64,000 bases of DNA from Acanthaster planci (lineage: Eukaryota): assembly GCF_001949145.1 (NCBI RefSeq), contig NW_019091357.1, positions 3,076,859 to 3,140,858 of the forward strand, written 5' to 3'. The position numbers and the translations under genes are program-made. Shown here piece after piece: positions 25,501-39,074 of the stretch (its first letter is position 1; each line of letters opens with the position of its first letter). The notes beneath the pieces are model-generated. The model saw only the letters and a program-made list of their open reading frames with translations, made no database searches and was not told where the DNA came from.

Positions 25501-27487
25501 CTTTACTTTCTGACGCCATTCGATAACAAGTTTCCTCACCCACTTCTCGGTAGAAAAACGAGGTAGAAGATTATACTGGTGGATCAGTTTCTCTGCGGCT
25601 GATCTAATTAACGTTTAATGAGTGACTTAAACACGGTCTATCATAGTTAATACCTGTCGCTATTAACCCAGTAAGTACTTGTACACATACAATTCCATCT
25701 GTGGACATACGATTCAACCTGCCAAGCTACTTTTCTCAGACGACTTTTTGGTTCCCCGTCTCCAAACATATTAGGAAGTCTATACCACGTGGCTCTGATT
25801 TTATCAATCGAGGAAATACTCCCCTGTAAGCATAAGCATTATGCAGACCCCGAGTTCTGTGTCAGTGTAAGGTGCGCGTTAAAATGTAAAGGCCAAAAGA
25901 TTATCATACGTTGATCGGTGACCGCGTGCATAAACTTCAGGGTAAAGATAAACAGGTATGAAGAGGCGACATAGTTTTAATTCCACCGTTACTGCACTTC
26001 AAGAATCTGCCGTAGTTGTCCACGTTCCAGCTCGGCACAATGCACGGGCTGTTACATGAGACCTTAACTTTTGTCTGCTGGAAAAATTGCTGTAGCCAGA
26101 AGGCGTAACACTCGACACCGTACTGAGATATTAGTCATCCAAATGTGAAGCGTGGCACAGGGCGGGCGAAACTACAGAGTTTTGTATCATACGCGACAAT
26201 GCCAGTTAAGCTGCAGAGTACACTGGGCATTTGTGGAAGGTGAATTTCAGACTTTCTAATACTCAAAGCAGCTCTAAGCACGTGAGCAAGCTTTCATAGA
26301 AGCTTACACGACGCATGTACACTCAGCAAATGTCCCAGGTGGAACTGGAATTATTTGGGAGAGGACACACAGATAGCTCCTTACAAATCCCATGTCACCT
26401 TGGACACCGATTCTGATCCCAGATGAGGCAATTTGGGCGAGACTTGGTATATCTCCTACTTGGAGAAAACTTCATAGGCCTTGTGAACATTTGCGGCACT
26501 GATTGTTATCAGCGACAAGCATTTTTTTTCTGAAGAAAAACAGGTTCATTTAAATTTGAAGATGTGTTTGCGACGACATCTCTAGCGACCTTTTACCCAA
26601 ACAGTCCAAGACTACTGACTTTGCTCGACAACGTTTGTAGCAATGAATAGTTTTATGATACTATTACTGATGTTAAGAGATTCAAGGTGTGAATGGAGAT
26701 TGTTGGCCTGCCTTCATTTCCACGACCTCGTCGACTTTGAAACACGATCGACCATTTGACTGAGCAATCGCGACCGACTTCCAAAGTATAGGATGGCTGG
26801 CGTCCCTCGAATTAATCTGGAGTCAACTGAGAGTCGGCTGGGCAGAGATCAGACGAACTTCGCCACGGCGGGCACCCCTGGCTACTACCCTGGTTAGGTC
26901 ACCTATTGCAATCGGTCCCCTCTCTCTGTGCTCGGTCGCCTGTGTTGTGTTCCTCCGAGGTGTCCAGGGAACCAGCAGTTGTTAAACAGTGACACGCATT
27001 GCCTCAAGGAAGCCAAGTGGACTGTCCAAGCGGACCCAGGGGATAACATTGTCAGTCATCGAGCGGACGAGGTGAACAGTGGCAAGGAATGGCTATCGGG
27101 AAATTATGGTTTGAGGCCACAGAATCGGACTGCATTTGCAAATTGATCCAGGAGATGAAAAGGGAGAACTGCAGTCATCACGCTACGAGAGGCCAATGTG
27201 CCCAAGGTTCGTAGTGAGGAACTAGAACTAGAACAAGACGGTGTCTTCACTTATTGCATGCAGCGAAAAATGAATATCCGCGTGAGAAACAAAGGTGAAA
27301 ATGAAAGATACAACCCATGGCTTTTGAGATCAGACGTGAAATTACCTATCACTGCGTTCTTATAAATATCGAAGCAAACTAAACATTTTGGGATGGGGGA
27401 AGCCTGAGCTATTTTGAAATAGAATGGACGCCTTTGCAAAGCTTATAACTTTCAGTCATCTTTTGGCTGGATAAAGAAGAAGAGCAT

Positions 27488-27660
27488 ATGAGCCTTGAGC
27501 TGGACCAAGAGAGGGCGCAGGTTCATTAGCTACAGAGGCTCCGTTGGTCGGAACTGAACTTCGCTGGTTCACAAACGACTATGAAACGCTAAAAATGAAA
27601 TGAACACTCCCGATCCATATGGTTCTTTTCAACCGATGAGGGGGTGCTTCTGCTCGAGAC
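27488..27660 (-). repeat. Dispersed repeat family 1, copy 3
   Basis: GAGCTGGACCAAGAGAGGGCG...GGTCGGAACTGAACTTCGCTGGTTCAC...CAACCGATGAGGGGGTGCTTCT is the reverse complement of the copy 2 blocks. Confidence 0.85.
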
Positions 27661-27799
27661 AGATAACGGACGACCAAGACAAATATCGAAACCTTCTCAG
27701 AACACACATGACCACCGAAGCACAGACGCGACAATGCTAGGCGTAAAACTAAAAACATTAGGCCCTATCATCCACTTTCTTCAGAACGAGGAGAGCCAA

Positions 27800-27970
27800 T
27801 GAGCCAGTTTGGTGTACGGACAGCGCATGCCCCAAATGAAGCGCGTCCGAGATCATTTTGGGAACAGCAACACGCGCGCAAGGTCTGCCCGTTGAACGCG
27901 GCCATACGCCGAATCGCACGCGTGCTTAGTTCTCGAATGAAGTCGCTTTTTTGAAATACCGAACTGGCTT
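27800..27970 (+). repeat. Dispersed repeat family 2, copy
   Basis: Matches 5385-5645 (inverted) and 4688-4770. Confidence 0.7.
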
Positions 27971-28289
27971 ATTTATAATAAACTGGCTCGCTTAAGGATC
28001 AAATTCCATTTTCTACCTTCTTAGTCTGAATTTAAAGGGAAAAAATGACGCAAGCACTGCAGACCAGGTCGACAACAGGTGTACAAATAGAATGTTGCAC
28101 ACTGGTAACATTACAATAATGATGAAATTGGAAACGTGCGAAACGCACGACTCTTTTAGGTTGCCATTTATATTTTACCATGTTTATTTTACTATGTAGG
28201 GTTTAAAGGTTCAACACTCGACTTTCCCGTGTTAGTGCCGAGGAGGACAAGTGTAACAATTATTCTTTAAATCCCATAATAAATTCAAA

Positions 28290-28600
28290 GCTATTTTGAA
28301 AACTAATCCATCTAATATATTGGGGATATGGAGGAAAATAAGCCTCCCCTTTTAATTGACCCAAACATCGAACTTCTGAAAGCTGACAGGTTTGAATTAT
28401 CCTAACTGTATTTCTATAGATCCTGAAAGTTGACCCCAGCTTCCTGAACCTTTGGATTGGAAAAAGAACGTTCAAAGATTTTTGAATTTGTAATATTTTT
28501 CGTTCAAGTACTTCTTTAAAAATCCAACTTGGAAAAGGGCTTTAGAAAATATTTGCTAGTATATCAATCTGTACAAACTGAAAAATTACAAGACCTAAGA
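28290..28600 (-). mobile_element. Possible highly decayed Penelope-like retroelement fragment
   Basis: Minus-strand pieces QIDILANIF*SPFPSWIFKEVLERK and FLHIP/YIRWISFQ loosely resemble the Penelope post-RT NGYP..FI and LPYIG..S motifs. AT-rich and frameshifted; weak. Confidence 0.3.
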
Positions 28601-29976
28601 GAGAAATATCTTGCCAAATATTGATCCATCACTTCCGAAAATTAAAATACATTAAAAACAGTCTAATGCGGTGGTCTCGTACGCAGATGTACATTTACGG
28701 CTTGAAATTCTTTGGTACTCCGTCGGTAAAAGCCGAAATAAAAACAGATCAAAATATTTTACAAACCGCTTTGATTTATAAGGTAATAAAGTTAAAGCAA
28801 TAATCTATTTTTACAAAAGATTCCAATACTTTTGCTGACAACAACTGCGTTATGTCAAATCAACGGAACATGGAACCCATCGACTACAGGTAGGTAAATG
28901 TTTGTAAAGTTTTATAATCTCCTTTTCACGTAAGCACAGGGAATCAAAACAAACATGCATGAACAAGGAGACCTAGGTACGACATCGCCGGACGTACAAG
29001 GTCGTTGATGAAATTCGTTTTTTACCTATCCCCAGATGATTTTCCTAATTATTAATTGAGGACGACAAAGGTAAAATTCCAACATGAGTGTTTTATGGTG
29101 TGGTTTCAGTTAAGAATCATTCTTCCATAGATTATCGAACGTGATAGAACGGCCCAATGTAAAATCCCCGCAGGCGGACCACACGAGGGTTCTGGAAACT
29201 CGCTGCCTGACCTTTTACTTTCAGGCTCTACACTGTCGCTTAATGGAATATACCTGGATTGTTGCGTTTGGCGGCATCTAATCTGCAATAAAGTTTGCCA
29301 AGGCAATTTAGGGCTGAGGACTTGAAGCCATCACTGTTACTCAATCAACATTGCCTTTCATTCTCATGTCCGCTGTGCGGTTGCCCCTAAATGTCATGAG
29401 CATGGCACTATAGGTGACTCATAGACTCGTTCATGCACCCCTCACCCTTAACGCCCCATTCTTGTGTTAGTCACCATTCATATACTTGCAGTAATGTTCG
29501 AAACACCCTGATGAATACCACCTGAGAGTGAGACCCTGAAACTCTGATTCATAGCCAGGGAACTTGATAGGTCAATTTTATGTTGCTGTAAAATATGAAA
29601 TTGAGAGATGGATGGCATAACACCAGCCATTTAAAAAATTGTGCGCATGCAGAAACCTTCGAATTCATCACATCACCGAAACCACAGAGTAATGCAACTC
29701 CAGAAAGGTCCTTATAATGATTAATGTCACTGAGTTAGTATTACAATTTCCATTAATCGTTTCATTTGCTCTAATAATTTTCATTAATGGTCAGTTTCTT
29801 TGTCAATGTTTACCCGGACCTCGAATGACTAGCTTTGCATGGGTGTGAACTGATAGAGCAGTTCACAAAAAGGGCACTTCCTTTTAGTCAAAAATAGCAC
29901 ACCGTCAGACGTGCACCTAAAGAGAGGTCATCACTGTGCACTGTACAAGTGCGACAGTTCAAACAAATACCTACAG

Positions 29977-30212
29977 TACACTGCAAAAACAGAGGTGTTC
30001 AATTTAACACAGCTGGTATTATCAGAGTACTATACCAACACGTTTCAGTGGTTTTAAAAATTTGGTGTTATTTAACACTTTTAACACCCTCCAGTGCATT
30101 GTAACACTTATAGGTATGCAGAGTAACCACAACGATGTTAAAGTAACACCCTATTATGTGGTCATCTGATAACACCAAAAAATGTTGATTTTGACACCAA
30201 AGTTACAGTGTA
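29977..30212. mobile_element. MITE-like element with TACACTG...CAGTGTA ends
   Basis: Left TACACTG...GGTGTTCAATTTAACAC...GGTATTATCAGA mirrors right TCTGATAACACC...TGTTGATTTTGACACC...CAGTGTA; internal TAACAC/GTGTTA motifs. Confidence 0.6.
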
Positions 30213-33200
30213 TTTTCCAGTGTGTACTTTGCATACCAATCACAAAGTACCCGAGACGTGTGTCCCATCGCTGTCGTGCGATGGATTTCACCTTTCACGT
30301 GGAAATTAAAACCGAGTTCGCGTGAACTCTGGGGGATTATTTGATTAACCTTCTCTAAATAGAGGATCGTGAGAGAGAAACAAAACGATGAATAGTCTGA
30401 CTGAAGTCGTGAATCTACGACCAAACATGTCACATCTAATTCTTGGCCACCTCCCGAGCAACTTGGAGGAAAAAATGTTCACTGTGATGGGAGCTGAGTT
30501 CGCAGGTGCGAACTGTCGGCACGAAGACGCCTCAAGGGATACCTTCAGTCATCACTTGCAGTGAAGGGTGGTGACGTGTTGCTTGGTAGAGCACTGGTGG
30601 GCCCAGGTGAATAAAGATTAAAACAATCAGATGTTTGAACGTCAAGTACTGATGATGACAGAATAAGCTATTATCGAAAGAAAGGCAGTGGACAGATATG
30701 GTAATATTTAGTTTTAAGCTGGGCTTCCATGCGTTATTGTTCTCCATAATTCTGTAGAAATTTAAAGGATTTGAATGGTGACTCTTGAAAATAATTTTCA
30801 CAAGGTGAAAACTGAACCGGTTTACGTTTTAATTAAGAGAGAATATACCTTATGCTCATGAAAAATTGGGCAATGAAATTAAAAGATAAATCAAGGTTCC
30901 ACAAAGAATTAATATTTTTTTCGAGAACAATTTGACCAACAATTACGTATTTGTAGGAGGATTCGGAAAAGCCAACACCTAAGCCAGTATGACGAACGTG
31001 GCTGTACTGAAAGCGTGTTTTAGATATCATTTGAAACCACAATTCCCCTGGTTAATTCAGCAAAAGAAGAGAGGGCAACTAGGAACCGTTCATCACACGA
31101 ACTTTTCCCCTTGAAGAAAAGCTTTGTTCACTAAAAGTCTAGCCCGGAGACAGCCCCTCCTTGCCTCACCAAGCTGACCAACCCTGGAAAATTGCACTGC
31201 TTTATAGATGGTCTGGGGTACCGCCGCTCCAATCCCTTCAATGTGTCCCACCGCACACCTAGCTAGCCTTTATCCCACCTTTACATTCAGGTTCCTAGAG
31301 GCCAAGGCCTCCGTACCGTTTTGGGAACATGTGATGACAGTCCTTCATTTATAGTTGCTGGATTGAAAGAACTTTTACAGCCTACCGTGGTAGGTGCATT
31401 GGCCAATGTGCCTAACAGTGAAAAGCATATTTCGGTGAGTGCGACTTTGCGAAACCAATCAGAAGGGAACAGAAAAAAATAAACTTAAATAAATAAACTT
31501 TTTGTATTAAGTCAGATAGTCCTTTGGCCGTTACCGTCTCCATGACTGATCTCCCCTTTTTAAAGTAAGTTTTGCGTAAACACTTAGCTTTCTTAATTGT
31601 TAATGACGCCATTACTTTGAAAACCTTGCCATTTATAAGTTCAACCGGATGGATTGATGTGTTAAGCGATGAGTTTAGAATAAAGGAATAGCGCAGTTTT
31701 TACGGGATCATCGAAAATGAAGCTGACAGATTTTTAGAGTGTAGTTTATCTACAGTATAGGTAAAACGCTTTTATATCAAATTTTTGTCAGACATCTCGA
31801 CATCTTGGGAAAAGCAGGAATTGTGTGACAAAGCGTAAGCTACGCCAAAAAAATTGCCAGGTATTTTCCGTCATACATCACTAGTTTTATGTTATTCGTT
31901 TGAATGTTAGCAGACCGTGATACTAAAAAAAAACTTGTGATATCCTTCACCTGCTGTACTTGCAACTAAAGACTGCAACACGTTAATCTAAATCGGAATT
32001 ATTCAATTTGGCGATGGACGGCTGTAATTCACCGTTTATGAGCGCTGCCACATAAAATAAAACCTACATCTTTGAAATCGACTGACGCAGTCAGGCTATA
32101 ACTTCTGACTGCGTCTGCTTAAACTTGCAGATGACTAAGAGTAGACTGGTGACGATGATGATATTAGTCTCTAATTAATCTGAGTGGAATTGGGACCTAG
32201 GCCAATTCGAGGAAGGACGAGGAAGCAATGTTGCACCACCCTTGCCACTTTCAGTGTTGAAAAACTGGCATCTCTGTACTTAAGGCGAGTTGTTAACATG
32301 TAGGTGGGCGAGTTGTAATCTCCCTCTGACACTTCCTCCTCAATAAATCCACGGCAACCGCTACCAGACTTGGGATATCCGGAGCAAAATGCCAGTCACT
32401 CATTCGGTTAAATCTTACTTTAAAAAAATTGATTTGATACAGGGTGTTCTATGCGCAACTGCAAATAACAAGTGGCAGGTTCACACCATTTCGTGATTTG
32501 TGGCTAGTCTTGATGAACCTGCTGTAATTCCCTAGCCAGATTTTAAACTGTCGTTTTATGTTGTTTTTTTTTTATATTTAAAGGAGGGGGTTGTCTGTTT
32601 CTTGTAGTTGAACTGAACGGTCTGAATTCAAGTTTTTTTTCGAGTGTGAAAGAATTAACTTTTTTAGTTCTTAGTCTGCATAGAACATTTCTGTTTTGTG
32701 AGACGTGCTCTTACAATAATTCCTGGCAGAAGCCTCTCTCTTTTTTTGTTGTGTTATGTGTTTGGAGCTGTTTTTTTTGTTCTATCTGAAACATCGTATA
32801 TAGAAACCTCTGCACATGATTTAACCTCCAAAGATGCTGCCGTTCTTGTTAATCAATCCATAACATAAAACACAAGACAAGGCTACACGAAACGCCCATG
32901 GACACCTGGGCTCCACATGGGCATCATACAAGCAGTCAATTTTCAGCTACTGATTCTCAGCCTAAATCTCCCCAGGTGTAACATCACTGAGGTATAGATT
33001 CGCGACTCCAGACGCTAGTCTCTCAGTTAGTACATGGAGACGGGAGGGTTGGCGGGAAAGTGCCGCCTGCCAAAATGTCGCCAGACGACGTCTGGTTTCC
33101 GACCCCCCCAAGACGACGTGTTCCGAGTCGGATAAGGCAGGTTTTCTAGGCAATCAGGTCTTGGAAGGGCTTTAAAAGGTCCACCCTATCTCTTACCTGG

Positions 33201-36200
33201 CTGCATAATCTACTGTTACATGTAGTGTAGCCGTGCATGGACCTATGTGTTCGGTATGTTTCGAAAAATTAATATATCCTTGCAGCTGAAAAAATGGCTT
33301 GAATAGAACAAGGTTCAGTTCGTGACCTCAAGCGGACTCGGCAGCAAAAAAACTATCCGAATTCACGAGGTCAGCAAAGGTCTCATTTTGATGACGTTAA
33401 CGGTTACCTTTAAGAACCTGCGTCGGGTTTAAATTCCCTTGGGGCATGAGCTGGGCTCCAAAGGCGACAATATCATTGCCCTTTATCTTATCTCTAAGTT
33501 GATCGCGAGATGTCCCAAATGCTATCTTCCTGAAAGGACTGACACTCCCGGTAGCTCACACTTTAATAATCGTCCCTGGCATAACAAGACATCATTCAGT
33601 TTAAAGTACAACTGTGTGTATGATTCATGGCGACCAACATGCACGTATACCCTACGCTTTAGGTCCAATAGGATCGAGAGTTCTGTTTATCGTCACAATA
33701 GTGCTCCCTTTGAACAAGTTCTACCTCAGCAGTCATTAGGGTAGAAAGTGTGTGATTTTAGAAACATTATCCGGTGATCTCTCCCTTTAACAAGTCTGGA
33801 AGTAGGCCTAATTAAGGTTTTTTTACGCGAATTTTTCAATCACGGCCGGTAAATTTCTAATTCGACACGCATTGTTCGTTTTAAAATTTTCTTTGCACGA
33901 GTATGAGGGAGACTGTGGATTTTGCCAACAAGAGATATGTCTTGTTCAGTACTGAATCCTATGGTAAGTTTATAGCCAATCCTCTGGCACTGCCAAGTCG
34001 ACAACGAGGTCTTTGACATTATCTGGCTATAATCAAACCTGTCAACGGGGGTTGTACCGAGACGGGATGCCCCAGGGAAGGGGGTACCAACCAATTAAAT
34101 TCTCCCGCTTTAATTCGATCATTTGCCGGGAAAATATTTACAGGTATAAGACGAGCAAGATGAAAAACAAGGCGACGGTTGCTTTTTTGACCTGTTACTA
34201 AACATGCTTTGTGGCGAATTAGGACTCTTCAGGCATGGGGATGAGAAGTTTTATATATTCGAGCAGTCGGCTTTTTAACCATCTTCACAAAATCAAAAAA
34301 GGAAAAAGCTATTTGTTTTTACATTTTATTCGACAACCTAACCACTCCAAACGCAATTTCCCTGTGGAAATACATGTCTTCTGGCAATAAGGTAGAACAA
34401 AAATCTATCTCTATCTTTCTTTTATCTTGTACTTTATTTCACTTTTATGATAGCTTTGAAAACACCATACATGTTTAAACTTGTTGGTGATCTTAAAGTA
34501 TCAATTCTTTGTTTGCCAAATGGACTAAAATGCCAACGACAAGGCTTCAGTGTTAACGCGCACCTTTCTTAGTTTAAACAATTATAAACATCACGAATGT
34601 TTCACTCAAGCAACAAGTAGACACACTCCAACATGTTGTAAGTAGCTGATGTTCTGATTTGCCTCTCTTCTGTGTCAATTTTGTTTGAAGCTGATTTTCA
34701 GGGCAAAGAAAGCTAACCCACAGGATGAAAGGGGCTTACAGTGGCGTCCAATTTGCTCAGACCATTTCAAGAGTTCCTACCTGTTAAGCATTGCTTCGGG
34801 AAGACAGGAAACTGTGTGTGGCTGGAAATTATAAATCACCGGGTAGAAAAATGACCCAACCCGAGGGACCGGCCTAAAAATAGAGTGACAGGTCGAACTG
34901 ATGACCAGTAGTGGCTACTTGTTGAGTGGGATATTGCTAGCAAGGGAGTTAGCCCTCCAGGCTTCTCGCGTGATGCGGACGTTTAAGGATTTTATTACCT
35001 GGGTTGACTATTTGATGCAATTTTATGAGACAATATCATATGAAGCAATTTTACACACTTTAGAGGGTCTCGTACGTGTAATGTTGCCCTTTCCGGAACC
35101 CACTGAAAGGTATAGCAGATACAGAACCTGCTGTGTATATTCTCTTACATCTTCTCCGAGGATCGTAAATACAAGGAAAGATGAGAAAAGTGACAAGGAT
35201 ACAAACAAAAGCGCGCGCATACAATATTCAAGTATATGCTGCCTGAGGTATTTCACGGGTTAGCGTGGAATTTTGGCTTGTGCGCATGCGTACATCCCGT
35301 AACTAAGGATTCTGTGCGTATAGGGTTAGCGCATAACTTTTCTGCTCGCGCCGTTAGCGCAGAATGGAGATCGTAAGCGTGGAATTCTGCTGTAAGCAGC
35401 GGCATTAAATTGAGGCCAGGGTTTTACGCTCTGATCCAGGATTCTGTGTGGTGTGAAATGTCAGGTCATCTTTACGCGGCTGGTAGCATATTTCAGGTCA
35501 TCTGAGTTATAAGCGCTTGGTAAGCAGTTTACAGTGGACTAGGAAAAAGTGGTGAACAGATTGCGTTCATGGAAAAAAAATAGTCAACCCACCAAAGCAA
35601 CTTTTAAAATATGTACTAAAACAACCATTACGGTACAGTGTATAAAAAGTCCTGAAGTGATTTGAACACCTCACTGCCCAATAGGGTGTCAGTAAGGCCC
35701 TAAATTAAGTGGTGGGTAAGGTCCCTGTCACATCTGACATATGATTTCGTAAGTTAAGAACACATTTTCTGATTTCCAAAAGTGATGAATTAATGCAAAG
35801 TACCTGTCAAACAGATAATAATAGTTTGAGATCAATTCCATTGATATTTCCATGTCAAATACCAAAGGTCAGATGTAACATGGACACGAAAATGACACAT
35901 TTTTACACCTATTTTCTAGAATTACACTAGTACATTTACTCCTGATGTTTTCTTCGGGCACTTTCTTGAATTGTCAAGCACCAGTTTTAATAACTGTTTT
36001 GAGCACACATTAGTCCATATAGTTGCTGGAGATTTCAGGAAATAATGTTCCTCAGCATGCACCGAGACGGTCAAAACTTCATTATCGACATGGAAGGGCG
36101 TTTCCTGCGCCCGACCGGCTGAACCCAGGGGAACTCAGGTCTACTAGAGCAACCCATTCCTTTTAGACTCGAGGAAGCTAGAACCAAATTGCATTTTCTC

Positions 36201-36413
36201 TAACATAAAAAAGTAAAGCGGTTCGAAAAAGCAAGAAATCAATTTTGCATCGCCGTGTTGTTCAGTCCAAGTTTTGAAACGTGAAGATCTTAATTCTACA
36301 GTTCCTTTGTACTCTTGTACAGAATGGCTTCCTTGGCTACATTACGCATGGTTGCTTTTATCACGTTCCCTTGAGAAATGTTTTATTTTTTGGGGGGTAA
36401 ATTAAAGACAAGT

Positions 36414-36684
36414 GGCATTTGAATATGTATATAAAATGTTCGACAGCTTTGGCATTTGAATATGTATATAAAATGTTTGACAGTTTTGTCATTTGAATAT
36501 GTATATAAAATGTTTGACAGCTTTGGCATTTGAATATGTATATGATATGTTTGACAGCTTTGGCATTTGAATATGTATACAATATGTTTAATTGACAGCT
36601 TTGGCATTTGAATATGTATATAAAATGTTTAATTGAAAGCTTTGGCATTTGAATATGTATATAAAGTGTTTAATTGACAGCTTT
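36414..36684. repeat. Minisatellite, 7 units (4 x 37 bp + 3 x 41 bp)
   Basis: Unit GGCATTTGAATATGTATATAAAATGTTT(AATT)GACAGCTTT repeated head-to-tail without spacers. Confidence 0.95.
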
Positions 36685-36952
36685 AAAAACTTACGATTTC
36701 AAAAAAGATTAATTTGAGGCAAGGCAAGTACTAGAGGAGACACCACACAACACTCACGAAGTATTTTCGAAGCACTTTTGAATCATGAAGGCCATTTAGG
36801 CGAGCCGTCTAGCCAGCATGGGAAAGGATATTCATGGGACTGTAACCGGCGTTTTTTGCCATGATCTTTACGCCTCGGCCTGAGCTCCATGAGCTCTTGG
36901 ATCAGTGCAGTTTCTGTCGTCACTTCTAATGTTTATTTCCGCTCCTTCTCAG

Positions 36953-37273
36953 CAGTGCTGTATCATTGCACCTTCGAGTCCAACGAAGACTGCAGGCTGG
37001 AGCAGGATCCGAGCGATGAGTTTGATTGGGAGGTTCATCGCGGGATGGCTCCCTCCAACCACGCCCGATTTCACTCTCGCCGGTCGCGCCATCATCGCTC
37101 AGTCTGGAAGAGAGGCAGCCTCCGGTACGAAACGTACTCAGGCCCACTCAGCGTTTTCAGGGAGCTCTCCATCGAAGAACGGGAACTCCTTAACAACAAT
37201 GTCTTCATTGACCTGTCACCGGATCCCTTCCCACACTGGCCTTTTGTTGACCACACTTACGGGAATGACTCAG
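36953..37273 (+). CDS. Receptor B MAM exon 1 (with large insertion)
   Basis: Branch-like CTAAT, pyrimidine tract and CAGCAG acceptor. VLYHCTFESNEDCRLEQDPSDEFDWEVHRG...PFVDHTYGNDS has the classic MAM CxFE..C...DxFDW...PxxDHT motifs. CAG|GTGACA donor, phase 1-1. Confidence 0.9.
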
Positions 37274-37367
37274 GTGACAAGTGACGCCATAATTGCTTTC
37301 ACATTTCTTCCATATAATACACCAGAGGTCCAACAGGTCCATTTTCTCAATGCTTCTTTCTCTAAAG

Positions 37368-37633
37368 GTCATTTTGCACACCTGGTGGCGAAAGATAACA
37401 CCCAGACAAGCGGCCATGCCCGTATCATGTCGCCCGAGATAACGATGCCCGATTCCGTGGAGGCCGACCTGACTTTCTTCTACCATCTATGGAACTTCAA
37501 GGGGAGACCGTCGGCCGGCCGGCTGAAAGTCTTCGTCTGTGAGGGCCAGGATCTGGTCTTCACGGCTACGGCTAGCCTCGGCAGTGTATGGATGAAAGCT
37601 GAAGTGCGGATAAAATGCAACGGCACCTTTAGG
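37368..37633 (+). CDS. Receptor B MAM exon 2
   Basis: CTTCTTTCTCTAAAG acceptor, AGG|GTGAGC donor, phase 1-0. GHFAHL...GHARIMSP...LTFFYHLW...GRLKVFV...GSVWMKAEVRIKCNGTFR (MAM GxY, ARLxSP, LxFxYHM, W-xx-A-x-V). Confidence 0.9.
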
Positions 37634-39074
37634 GTGAGCTTTAGAAAAGATGAAGAAAATTAGTCCTTCCCACGCCTTTCCCGCACAGCCAGTTTGCCTT
37701 GAGCCGAATTTCTGGGGAAGACTGTTAAGAGTTCCCTGTGCGCACGTAGAGACAGTGTTTCTCCAGAATGTTCAGGAGCAGAATCCCCCAAGTCTCACCC
37801 ATCACAAATAATTTCGCAGATAACTTGAAAAATCACTGCAAAATTTTACTTTTGGTCCCTTCCATGCAGCCAGTATGCCGTTGACAGTATTTTTTTAATT
37901 AAGTTTTATTTCATGATGTTGATCATAATTTGATACAGAATGCAATGGATGCCACAGTAACTCCAAAACGTAAATACATGTTGCCAACCTGAACATTGAG
38001 GCTTACTAAATACTGCCTATATATTGTGTACCATCAAGGCAGTGGTCATTCACAGAACAGTGAAGAGATTCACAAGATAACAAGGCAGAAATTGTGCTTG
38101 ACACATTGGGATATATTGCCCGGGAAATGGGTTATTTATAGGGAAATGAAACCCGTCTCTACACTATCACACGAGGTCAACTTATTGTCCAATTTGACGC
38201 ATGAAGATGCGATTACAGTTTCCTCGTTTGATGACTGACGTTTCATGCCTGAACGTCCAGGGCCGGCAAGCTCCTTTGAGAAGTAGAGCAGTAGAAAAAA
38301 TCTTTGTTAAATTTAAGAGCAAATCGTGGGTTTAGTTAAAAACAACAACAGAGTTATCGGATGTTGTACTTGTGCACGTACTACAACCTTGACATCATCT
38401 CAAAGTTGGGGAAAGTTAGCCAACATAATCAGAATAAGATCTGAATATGGCATTTGGGATTTAGTAGAAAGTATATAGGCCTGGCGTACTTACTCATGCT
38501 TGATAGTTCATCTATTTAAAGGAGGGAATCGTGTTTGTTGAGAAAAAAGCGTCACGAGCTCCCATTAGCCCGTTAATAAGTCTGCTCTTCTGATTTTGTT
38601 GAACTTGGCGGTATAAGTGTCAGAGTTCAGGTAAGGCCTACATGATATTACAATTCTTATTTATATGTACACACCATAGATGCTGTAACACTTATCTCGA
38701 GAAAAAACCAATTAACAAGGCCTCACAACAATCTCTTCGTGTTTTCCTTTCTCCTATACGACCATTTCCTTCCCCATACTATTCCTGGATCGCGTATGGG
38801 CAGGACTTTTTATTGCTCGAATATTATCATTGATTGATTTCAGGGCCTCAGTTTTGGCAAATTTGATTTGCACGGGCTACTTCATCGCTCCTTTCGAATT
38901 TCTGAATGCGATCAATCACTTTCCCGAAGCGCATTAGGAGTCGAAATCTTACTTCCTACTGCAGTGAAATGCCAATTACTAAACAACAGTCCCTCCCTCC
39001 CTGACTGTAATTGTAAACGCGTGTTGGAAGTGAGACTGTAAAGCTAGCTTGCTTCCCTTTCTTGATTCGCACAG

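Noticed and set aside
36414..36684. CRISPR-like array of ~37-bp repeats, and ORFs 36361-36648 and 36383-36607
   Set aside because: Units are contiguous with no unique spacers, there are no cas genes, and the context is eukaryotic. The ORFs are translations of the repeat.
36889..36952. ATG 36889 and the 36905 ORF start as the true start of receptor B
   Set aside because: The sequence is a branch point plus pyrimidine tract and is not a convincing signal peptide. The 252-aa ORF is only coding from 37368.
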